NCBI GenBank assembly: GCA_043228905.1
Contig: JBHGNT010000001.1
Location: 14,446,001 to 14,510,000, forward strand
Reading direction: 5' to 3'
Length of the DNA stretch: 64,000 nt
Source: Azolla caroliniana
Lineage: Eukaryota > Plantae > Polypodiophyta
The translations under genes were made by a program, and so were the position numbers. This document shows positions 13,401 through 23,615 of this stretch, piece by piece. The notes under the pieces are model-generated. The model made no database searches. It was given only the letters and a program-made list of their open reading frames with translations, and was not told the origin of the DNA. Positions within the stretch are counted from its first letter, which is position 1. Every line of letters begins with the position of its first letter.

Positions 13401-15186
13401 TGAAAAACGACAATACTTGATCCTTCGACTTCAGTATGAAGGCCCATGTCTTCCGACTATAGTTGTCAATGAACGTCACAAAGTATTGTCCACCTCGATG
13501 CGATGGAGCATCAACATAGCACACGTCCGTGTGTACTAGTTCCAGTGACACTTCTCTTCTCCTCGGTGGTCTTGTGTGGAATGTTGCTTTATTCTGCTTT
13601 CCGACTAAGCAGTTGACGCACTTCTCCAAGTGCACTCCCTTAACTTCTAGTAGAAATTTCTTGTCTGCTAGCAGGTGCATTCCCTTCTCACTCATGTGGC
13701 CTAGCCTCTTATGCCATTCGGCTGCCACATTTACTTCCGATTTGCACAGTCGGGCATGCATCATATATAATGTGCCTTCTTTCTGTGCTCGGGCCACTAT
13801 AAGATTTCCTCGGCAGAACTTCCACTTGCCATTCCAAAAGCTACCACTATAGCCTTCATCATCTAACCTTCCAGTCGATATCAAATTCAATCTGATATCC
13901 AGGACGTGTTGAACATCCTTCAAAGTCAGTCGACGCCCTGTCGACGTCATCAAGCAGACACTTCCAACTCTGGCTATCTTGCACTCTCCACTATCACCCA
14001 TTTTTACATAATCGTGATCTCCAGCTATGTAAGTCGAGAAATACTCTCTCGACGGATTTATGTGGAACGATGCCCCGGAATCGATCACCCAAGTGAATTC
14101 TTCACTCGCAAGATTTGCACTTGTTTATTCACAAATGAACAACAATTCTTTATTTCTCGTAGCAATGGCAGAAGTGTTCTTCTCATCAGGAATCTTCCTG
14201 GGTTCGACATTGTTTCTGACACCCTTGTCATTTTTCATGTGTCGGCAATCCTTCTGGAAGTGTCCAGGTTTACCACAGTAAAAGCACACTAGCTTACCTC
14301 TGGACTTCGATATGGCTTGGAACTTTTCTCTCCTTGGTGGACTTCTTTACTGGTTCCTTCCTCTGTCGGAATGTTGTGTTACATTCGACTCCGACTGGGA
14401 CAGGACTCCCTTGTCCTTCCTCCTTGCCTCCTCATTTAGGATGCTTGTTTTCACCATCTGTAAAGACAAGTTCTATTCTTGACAGGAGGTGTTGAGAGTA
14501 ACCACCAGGTTCTCCCAGTTGTCCGACAGTGTGCACATCAGCAAGATGGCTTGCATTGCATCATCCAAGGGAAACTTGGTCGCATCAAGTTGATTTACAT
14601 ACCCCATGAACGTGTTGATGTGTTTGACAATGCTCTCACCGTCTCTGTATTTCAGCCTTATGATTTTTCTCATCAGCGAGGTTTTATTGAACGCGTTCTT
14701 CCTCTCATACAGACCCGACAGCTTCTGCCACATTTCGTGGGCATTTGTGTCGTTCGCCACATGCTGAAGGACACTCACATTGATGCACTGTCGGATGGTG
14801 GCCATCGCCTTTCTATTTAGAAGTTTCCAATTCGACTCCAATACCCCCCTGGGTATGTCTGCTCTGTCAACTAGCTCGTACAGGTCTTTCACAATGAGAA
14901 GGTCTTCCATCTTTATCTTCCAGTCTGCATAGTTCTATGAGTTTAGAACTATCATACTTGGGAAACCGCTCACACCTCCTTCCATGCTTGCACCTCAAGC
15001 TTTGATACTAGATTGTTGAGAAATTGTTCGGTCAAATCACAATAAGTGAACTATGCTGAAATACGAATCACAGATATGCCAGAAAATAGGACAACAATGG
15101 TGCACAAAGATTTAATGTGGAAACCCTAAAACAGGAGAAAACCACGGGAAACAGAGCTTCACTATGTATAGTGGATCACAATCAAC
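10450..15186 (-). mobile_element. Decayed Ty1/copia element (family G); both LTRs incomplete, left boundary approximate
   Basis: Inner end of 3' LTR at 10911 followed by PPT (10912-10928); gag 14473-14910, PR 13390-14088, INT, RT 11566-13050, RH 10928-11638; degenerate iMet PBS at about 14999-15010; 5' LTR from 15014, truncated at about 15186. Confidence 0.88.
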
Positions 15187-16330
15187 GCTGACGTAAAGCG
15201 TTTGCCGATCGTCATCGAAAAGGAAACGAGAAATTATTCAAAATCGGCAAGGCAATGCTAGCTTTTCAAACTCGGCTTGACTCGATGCTAGGGAAGCTCC
15301 GGTTTCGATGGACAGGTCCATTCCGGATTATCGACGAGTTCAATGGAACCTTTCAACTCAAGACATTAATCATGCCGAAATGGGTCAATGGGTTCCAATT
15401 GAAGCCATACCTCGACCATACCCCAACCAACCCATTTTCGGACAAACGACACGACCACGATCGGTTCGGGGAACGTGACACGATGGCTCACAGGGGCACG
15501 TTGCCCTAATTACAGTAACTACCCCACCTACCCGAATATGTACACCAAGTTAGAAAAATAAAAAGAAAACCCACCAAGTTAAGTATTTAAAGAGCATGCA
15601 CTAAGAGCGAGAAAAACCAAGTACAAACCATTCCTAACGTGTGGCATTAATATTAGTAATGGCAGGGAAGATTATGAATCTAGGGCACTAGGTTGGACCT
15701 CAGGAAAAGCATCATCTACAAAAAGCGGTCCCCCATAGGCCAAAAACTCACATACGCACAGAAGTACACAACCCTCAAGCTCTCTCTCTAAGCTCTTCGC
15801 TCTCTCGATCCCTGCACATAAGCTCTCACTCTCTCCCTTACTCTCAATTAACCGAGCCAAACATGCCACTCGAAGTCTCCATGGAGCTCCACACTTGGTT
15901 GAGCTAGCACGACCTAGGTGGTTACCTGAAAGTTGCAGATGCACCTCCCCACCCTGAAGCACAGGAAATCGGCCTGCAAGTGCATCCCGACACCATCACC
16001 AATGACCAGATTCGGTTTGTGTTGGGTCTAAAATGTGACAGCCATCATGAGATCGAGGTCCCTCCTCAACACATCCTCGAGGCCCACTTTGGGGAATACT
16101 CGGTGTCGGCAAAAGCCTATCGCACGAAAGGAGGGCCAAACGAGTTTTTCGGCAACCTGGCCTGTTTTCTCTTGGAAATCACCTATGTGCACGCCAACGC
16201 CTATGGTATGCCTAAAAAGAAGGGAAAGATTATCATCATCGCCTACATCAGCCGCATATTTGACTAGGGATCATCACTGAGGAAGAAGTCTGAGCAGGTC
16301 TTTTGGCTTTTCAGGCAGGGAAGAAGTTCA
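15187..16330 (+). mobile_element. Gypsy 3' fragment (integrase C-terminal GPY/F module) plus downstream decayed extra-ORF region
   Basis: ORF 15255-15509 contains GKLRFRWTGPFRII. An unassigned ORF lies at 15980-16267. Confidence 0.6.
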
Positions 16331-16558
16331 TGTTGGGAAACCGGTCCCTCCGGTTGGGGATCAGATGAGCCGGACCGGATTGATCCAGTGTGAACTAGAA
16401 GTGAGGACATATTAGTAAATATGTTCCAATGTGACTGTTGAGGTCACATTTGTAAATAGTCCTATAGTTATATATGTATAAATATAACTTGGGCAAAAGT
16501 AATTTAGGGGTTGTAATTATTTTTCTTGGTAGTGTGTTAATTAGAAGTTATCACTACA

Positions 16559-16596
<38 letters not shown>

Positions 16597-16610
16597 ATAA
16601 TTGTCTTCAG
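16331..16610 (+). mobile_element. Truncated LTR related to copia family A
   Basis: Starts tgttgggaaaccggtccctccgg (compare 6754) and contains the tttgtaaatagtcc...gggcaaaa motif. Confidence 0.7.
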
Positions 16611-16839
16611 AGGTCAAATATGACCTATGAGACCAAAAATATTACATTTCACATGATACATGTGAAAGTGAGTAGTGACACTTGATGTTCAAGAACTTTA
16701 CCAATGAATGTTGCAATTGAGAGTGCACATTGTGGTTATGAGAGGAATTCATGCAAGGATTGGGCTCGGTCGAAGAGATGTGGAAAGCATGGTTGAATAT
16801 GTGGCAATATTCCACGTGGCTCAAATGATGCATCTAATG

Positions 16840-17460
16840 TTGGATAATTACAATTTTCCTAGGCTACAAATGATGAATGTAGGAATCCACGTACCAAACA
16901 ATTTCTCAAATGAAGAGATCATCCATATATGTGCAACAATGTTCATAGTCGATCCAAAGTGTGCATCCTCAAAATGATGTCCTTTTTATTTACATAATAG
17001 AATATATCCTAAACAAGTAACAAGACATGAGTAGAAAATGGTGTAGGCATACAATAGAAGACGTGGGGTACGACCATGTATGACAACGAGAAACAAATGG
17101 TCCTCAAAGAAGCTTATGGAGGAACAACGACGAAACATTATTTAGGGAAAGGACCCCTAATGATGCAAGGCAAAGTGAAGTGTGGTGTCTTATTGTCTAG
17201 AAAAACACCCATAACAAGGCAAGTGATCATGTCAAGGATTAGGATTGGGTGGGATAATGGAAAGGGTGTGGATGCTCCAATAGACCATAGTTTTGCAAGA
17301 ACCATTTCGAAGCCTTAAGTGTTGACCTATACACACACACACACACATAAAGGGGAGCCTTTGGTAATATTTAGTGAAATGGGACACTGATGGTAGTTTA
17401 TGTTTCTCTTGAACTTTGCTCGAGGTGGTCGGTGTGGTTAAGAACTCCTAATCCATTATT
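16840..17460 (+). repeat. Ancient retroelement relic, copy 1 (paired with 20086-20780)
   Basis: Colinear shared blocks such as ctaggcta, aatgaagaga, atcctcaaaatga, aaacaaatggt, gatgctcca...catagttttgc...accatttcg and ggttaagaactcct. Confidence 0.7.
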
Positions 17461-18260
17461 CTCCTTAGCCAAAAGGCTCCATGTTTACCTAAAAATGTCA
17501 ACAAGTTTGTCTGTGTTGCATATATGATTGAATGGTTGTATGTGTGTGTGTGCGCGTATGAATGAATGTGTGTGTGTATTATGGTTGTATGAATGTATGT
17601 GTGTGTGTGTATGAATGAATGTATGCATGTGTATGATCAAATGAATGCAGGTGTATGAAGTTATGAATGTGTAAAAATATACAAATGAATATATGTGTAC
17701 GAATCTGAGTATGATTTAATGAATGTGTATAAACAAGAAACACTCGATGTTTGTCAACAAGTCATTTAACGACATGCTCTAGCATGGAAAGGTTAGTAAA
17801 TTTGCGTAGGTTTCGGCAAGGGACACACATTTATTGCATTGTTTAACGATCGATGCCTTTAATGAAAACAAGGCACGACGCTATGTTAGTGTGGTGAAAC
17901 GAGCCGATAAGGAAAAGGAAGTTTAATACATGCATCTCAACGTCCTTGGGCAGATGGGACATGAACGCATATTTCTGTGATTTTGTAATGGATGGTTCAT
18001 CTACTTTATATCTGGGTATGATCAATATTCATTGTCATCAACGCGCTTGCTAAATGTATGTATGTATATGTATGGTGATTCATCGGCCGACATAAGGAGT
18101 TATGCAAGACAAACCGATGATGATGTGCGATTGACGTTGGATCTTGCATACTAGCATAAGGATCAAAGTCTCCACGTTTCGTGTGTGAGAGAGGACTGGA
18201 AGGTTATAAGGTTAAAAGTAAGTAGTAGAGAGAGAGAGGGAGAGGCATTTATATCTATTT

Positions 18261-18299
18261 ATCCCACATATGGAAGCCTGCTTGCGTGCAGCCTATAAG
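18261..18299 (+). promoter_or_regulatory. U2 snRNA promoter: USE (ATCCCACATAT, 18261-18271) and TATA (TATAAG, 18294-18299)
   Basis: Close match to the plant USE consensus RTCCCACATCG at -66, with TATA at -33. Confidence 0.85.
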
Positions 18300-18326
18300 T
18301 AAGGAAGCAGAAGCTCTCACCAATTC

Positions 18327-18535
18327 ATACCTTTCTCGGCCTTTTGGCTAAGATCAAGTGTAGTATCTGTTCTTATCAGTTTAATATCTGATACGTGGTC
18401 TATAAGGCCACATGATATTAACCTAATTTGTTTCATGGGGGCAGCCCCCGCTTGGGGCAGCTTGCTGTCTCTGGGAGCTGCGTGCGTCGCCTCGGTATAG
18501 CACTGACGCCGAGGTCATACAGGCGCGCCCCCCCA
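18327..18535 (+). ncRNA. U2: U2 spliceosomal snRNA gene (variant Sm site and stem-loop IV)
   Basis: ATACCTTTCTCGGCCTTTTGGCTAAGATCAAGTGTAGTATCTGTTCTTATCAGTTTAATATCTGATA is the plant U2 5' domain including the GTAGTA branch-site recognition motif. 3' stem-loops III and IV are present. The 3' end is approximate. Confidence 0.96.
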
Positions 18536-19583
18536 CTACAATCTATCGAAAATATTTCTCTTTTATTGGGAAAGAAGGAGAAAATGTATGGTGGAATGTG
18601 CTGCAGACATTGGAAGTTATTTTTCGACTAATTCAGAAGTATGTTACGGAAGTGCCGATTGCAGTTGTAGGGATTCAGGTGAACTTCTCGAGTAGAAACC
18701 TCGCATGCAGTCGGATCTGAATTATAGTCATATCCGACGAATTGAGTGGAGGCCAACTAGTTCCGTTGCATATGACTAAACAAGCAGTGTACACATTCCA
18801 ACTGGTTAGTGGGGGATTAGATGGATGTGGACGAATTGAGTGGAGGCCACGAATGGGAAAGTAAGTTACTGAGGGGTGGGGAGCATCCGATGGATGGTAT
18901 GGTTGGTCACAGGAACAGATTATTGTAATGCATATATATATACATGGCAAGGGGATATATGATGGATGTGCACTTGGAAAATACTTACTGTGTTTGGGTG
19001 GGGAAGGGCCCATGCATTGTTCTGAGACCAACGGGTCCGATTCAGACGTCAAAGTGAAACTAGATTTCACAGTCAAACGATCTCTATTCTCTGGTGGGGC
19101 CACTAATGACGCTTGTCATGGGCATCCCCAGAAAATGTAAATAATATGCACGACTCGAGAACAAGCAATGGCCAGGCCAGTGTTAGGGCTGGTTGAAGAT
19201 ATAACTCCCCGTTAACCTACTCACAATTCTCTTCGCACTTACTTCCTTTTGGAGGATGTATGTATGTATACCCACGATTCTATGAATTTGGCCGTAAGAG
19301 ATCAGAGGGGTGTATGGGTATATATATACATATATGCATCTGCCTACACATATACATGAGCCCCTCTAATTTATTTCGCCATGTCCGCCTATCGTTTACC
19401 TAATCTAATATTTAGGGTCATGATTCTCATCTACTCTATTTATGTTTTTATCACATGTCCTCTACCGATCGATGCCTTGACACTACTGGACAGTCAACTC
19501 GTTTACAAGCACACAGCAGCTCCGATATGATCAATAAAATTACCGTTCAGGGAGTTGAGCTAGTTTTGATTGGAGAATTTTTG

Positions 19584-19748
19584 AAAGGGGCCGCGCGAAC
19601 GCGAGCCCCCGCTGCCACAAATTATGACGTGCACTCTCCCACATTGGGGAGATGCTAGGGCAAACAGCCCCTCCGGCTGTGCAATGGAGGCGCCGGCCCT
19701 AAGCCATTGGCCTTGCTGATCACCAATAGACCCCGCCCAGGTAAGTAT
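19584..19748 (-). ncRNA. U1: U1 spliceosomal snRNA gene
   Basis: Minus strand reads ATACTTACCTGGGCGGGG..., SL1 loop GATCAGCAAG, SL2 loop ATTGCAC, Sm site ATAATTTGTGG, SL4 GGGGCTCGCGTTCGCGCGGCCCC with a UUCG loop; about 165 nt. Confidence 0.96.
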
Positions 19749-19772
19749 GTTCAGCCGCTGCTCACAGCCCTC

Positions 19773-19813
19773 TATTTATAGCTCCCTTCCTCTCCGTCCT
19801 TTCTATGTGGGAC
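19773..19813 (-). promoter_or_regulatory. U1 snRNA promoter: USE (GTCCCACATAG, 19813-19803) and TATA (TATAAATA from 19780)
   Basis: USE at -65 and TATA at -32 relative to U1 +1. Confidence 0.88.
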
Positions 19814-20085
19814 AAACACTGACACACTACACTCTTATCTACACTTTTCCAATTCTGCTCTTTTTGTATGCATCTACATACATATTCATTCGCCCATCAT
19901 GACACACACGCACTACCACTACCACTACCCATCCCATCATGCTTCTATCATTGCACCATCTATGATATATACGTAATGTGGTTTTGCCGACATACGTTGC
20001 TGCTTAAGATGCAATACGAAGTGCAATGGAACTAGTTGGGACCCACTCACTACCGTTGCACATTACTCAAATGTTACAAACAACG

Positions 20086-20780
20086 TTGGACAATTTGTCT
20101 AGGCTAGAAATGGGGGAAATATAGGACTTCTATACCAAATGTCTCTCGAATGAAGAGACAATCTATAATATATATATATATATATATATCAGTGAAAAAT
20201 GTTCACAATCTATAATCCAAATAGTTGGATCCTCAAAATGACTTCATTTTTACATCAATCCTAAAGGGCTCACATAACATGAGTAGGAAACGTTGTTGGT
20301 ATGGAATCAAAAGCATTAGGGACAACCATGTTAAATAAGCCATGAAACAAATGGTACTCAAACAAGCCATGAAGGAGAATAACAAGCACATGTTAATGCC
20401 ACGAAAAGGACATTACACTTGGTTCTCTACAAAAATGCAAATATTCTTAACTATACATGTGATAAGTTTCAATTATTGGGTCAAACAATAGAACGGAGTG
20501 TGGATGCTCCATCAAATCATAGTTTTGCTCAAACCATTTCGGATCCTTAAGCGTTGAATATAAAGGGGACTACCTATCCCAATTCCTTACAACATCTTGA
20601 GATGCTATGGAGACTCTGTTGGCGAGGCTATTATGCTCACTTCTTCCATTTCGTTATTCCAACAACCAAGTCATAGCATAAAGGTAGTATTCGCCGATAT
20701 GGGACACTAGTGATACTTTATGTTTGCCTCTCGTCCCTCGCTTGGGGTGGTCGATATGGTTAAGAACTCCTATTCCATTC
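20086..20780 (+). repeat. Ancient retroelement relic, copy 2; its 3' part resembles family F LTR sequence
   Basis: Colinear with 16840-17460. tatgggacac...ggggtggtcg resembles 55050-55110. Confidence 0.7.
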
Positions 20781-21025
20781 TTCTTGTTCGTCTCTTGCTC
20801 TTTGCTCATCGTGAGTTTGATACAGAATAGTTGGTAAAACATATATCAATACATTCATATATGTGTGTGTATAAAGGAATAGTTGTAGATCAAGATCAAA
20901 GAGCAGTGTCGTCGAAAGAAGAAGGATTTCCACGTCTCTAGTCTAATTTTTCCCTGACTCAAAGTTCCTCGAGCCTAGATTTGTGGAAGAGCTATTTCTT
21001 GAAAGATGTGATTACATGAGGCAAT

Positions 21026-22739
21026 TGTTGGGAAGCCTGCACCCCTCAGGATAGGATCAGATCCGGTGTGAACCAAAAGTAGCCCGAAAGTTATATGAGT
21101 ACCAGAGGTATCCGGATTTGGATCCAATGCGCCTGTTGAGGCCATACTTGTAAATAGGCCGAAAGTTATATGAGTATAAATAACTAGGGCAAAACTTATT
21201 GTATAGAGTAGTGAGTTGGTTAGTAGTTATCTCTATACAGAGAGATAGAAAAGCTTTTCTATTGTAACCACCAGTTGGCGAAGATAGAGCTCGAGGTCGT
21301 TGCCTCAGAGTCTCGCGTTGTTGTACCTCTCACCTATAGCGATCCCGTTCGGGGTCTGTGAACTCTCGTGGTTTTGCCGCTCGAGGTTTTCCACGTAAAT
21401 ATCCGATGTCATCTCGTTGTCCTGTGGAAGTGCATTGTTCCTATTCTCTGTTAATCTTCCATTAGTGTTTGAAACTTGGTTGTGGCCGAGTGCGATTCTC
21501 TTCAAATTGGTATCAAAGGGAAATTCTAAACTTCAAACAAAAGAAGAAAATGGAAGAGTCATTCAGTGGCATGTTCAAGCTCACTGACTCCAACTACGCA
21601 GTGTGGAAAGCTTGCTTGTTTCTACTGCGGGAAACCGGGCCATTTCCAAAAGAATTGTTGACACTCTGGAAAGCAAAAGGGGGAGACGACAACTTCGAAT
21701 TAAAAAGGATTTCGGAGAGGAAGGGAACGTCTGCAATCGCGACAAGCGAAGAGGAACGACTAGTAATCACTGCGGAGAGTGAGTTGCATCTTGTCAACGA
21801 TGCATCAACATGGGTAGTCGACTCCGGAGCTTCGTCCCATCTTACCCCCGACCAGAAGTGTTTCTCGTCTTACAAAGCTAGAGATCACGGTTGTGTAAGG
21901 ATGGGGAATAAAGGCGCATGCTGAATCATCGGCATAGGAGATGTGTGGCTGACAACGTCAACTGGGTGCAAGCTGCTGTTGAAAGATGTATGACATGTTC
22001 CGGAGGTTCGACTAAACCTGATATCAGCCGGTCAGCTAGATGATGAAGGCTACACGGGTAGCATCTAGAATGACACTGTGAAGTTTTGTAGAGGAAGCTT
22101 GATCGTGGCCCGGGCCTGGAAGATCCACACATTGGATCTTATGCATGCTCGGATATGCCAAGAGGAAGTGAACATGGCATTCGATACTGCCGGTGAGATA
22201 CTGACACAAGAGGATGTGTCACATGAGGCCAGATGGGGATATAGAGACTTTCCGTAGACAACTTCATTCCGGAGGTGAAAAACGTGCAACTTCAGAGGTG
22301 CACTGATTGTTTGGTTGTCTCGCTCATGTGCATATCGCAAAGGACAAGCGGGGAAAACTAGACCCAAAAGCTCGACCATGCATATTCCTTGGGTATGGTG
22401 ATGATGAGTTTGGCTACTGGCTCTGGAACCTAGCCGAAAAGAAAGTGATCCGGAGCAGGGACATAGTCTTCATGGAAGACAAGACCATTGCCGATTGGGA
22501 ATCGAAGAAGAAGATAGCCTCCTCTGGGTCGACCAACATAGATCAGTTGGAAGATACAAGGATCCATCCGGTCGGAAGTCAAATGTCAGCCGAAGAACAT
22601 AGTGAGCCAGCCAGACTCATACAAAGAACCGAACCAAATAAAGAAGGATTGGATGCCGGAATCGAACAAGACCCCGAATCGGATTCGGATGAAGAGCCGA
22701 TTGAAGAACCAATGGCCGAAAATCAAGGACGAAGATATT
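21026..22739 (+). mobile_element. Internally deleted copia element related to family A: 5' LTR, PBS and mosaic gag-pol, 3' truncated
   Basis: LTR 21026-21504; PBS tggtatcaaag 21508-21518; gag start MEESFSGMFKL jumps straight to the zinc knuckle and protease; the integrase core is missing between GAG-pre-integrase and FGCLAHVH. Confidence 0.85.
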
Positions 22740-22814
22740 TGTAAAGAAAGAAAGGCGTAGATAGTGCTATGTAGCGGAAATAAGCTTTGTGTGAGTGTGT
22801 GTGACGTGATGCAA

Positions 22815-22867
<53 letters not shown>

Positions 22868-23034
22868 GAAAACTGTATATTACATCCAATAGTTACTCAA
22901 TTACAAAAGGTTGGTTTAAATACCAACTAGTCTAGCGCAAATGCCCTTTCTATTAATTACAAATCTATCCTAGTAAGTTGTCCATTGACTAGTGTGAACA
23001 TTGTCCCTCTGGGAAGTTGAGTTCGATTCTCAAC
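22740..23034 (-). mobile_element. Probable 3' LTR of another element, containing (GA)n at 22818-22862
   Basis: Begins TG where the copia ORF breaks off and ends ttctcaac followed by a PPT-like ccgccc. No TSD was found. Confidence 0.45.
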
Positions 23035-23412
23035 CCGCCCCTTTGAACACAACTTCTAGATGCCGAAAAGCTATTTCAATTCAATCTTCGAAAACTTCGA
23101 TTCGGTTGAATCGGCCTTCGGTTTTTCACCCAAATATCCGAATCAGTTTTCGGTTCTGTTATCTGGTGGTTGGCGATTAATGATATTTGTCAGAACTAAG
23201 AGAAAAGATAGAGTCACAGAAGAAAGATATAAAGAGATCACAAGAAGAGTGGAATGAAATGATAAGAGATGAATGAATGTATTAGATAGAATGAGAATGG
23301 ATACAAGATAGGTGATGAGAGCTTAAGACTAGTGTTGATTCGAATTGGTTTGAGAAGAATTGTATGTCTATATTTATAGGTTCCTATAGAATAGATTAGA
23401 GATTTCTATAAT

Positions 23413-23483
23413 GTTCTAGAATGTTCTAGACCTAGAATATTCTAAGATGTTCTAGGATATTCTAGAATGTTCTAGAATGTTCC
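23413..23483. promoter_or_regulatory. Heat-shock element array in the family B LTR
   Basis: aTTCtaGAAtgTTCtaGAAtgTTCc (5 alternating nGAAn units, 23459-23483) plus gTTCtaGAAtgTTC at 23413; upstream of the minus-strand TATAAATA at about 23378. Confidence 0.75.
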
Positions 23484-23544
23484 AAAGTATTTACGATAAT
23501 CAATGTATAACAAGAAGTAGCTTTTATATAATCTCATATGATCA

Positions 23545-23615
23545 TAAGCTATCTTAATGGTTAGGTTCTTGATTATGTATCACAAGGTTTTAGGTTCAAG
23601 CCCAGGTGAAACCAT
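23545..23615 (+). promoter_or_regulatory. tRNA-like A/B-box module in the family B LTR
   Basis: TATCTTAATGGTTAGG (23550) and GGTTCAAGCCC (23593), 43 nt apart. Confidence 0.55.

Noticed and set aside
19636-19646. USE-like CTCCCACATTG suggesting a third snRNA promoter on the plus strand
   Set aside because: It lies inside stem-loop III of the minus-strand U1 gene, and no TATA or snRNA follows at the expected distance.
18428-19658. Short ORFs overlapping or between U2 and U1
   Set aside because: No recognisable domains or splice structure, and two of them overlap the snRNA genes.
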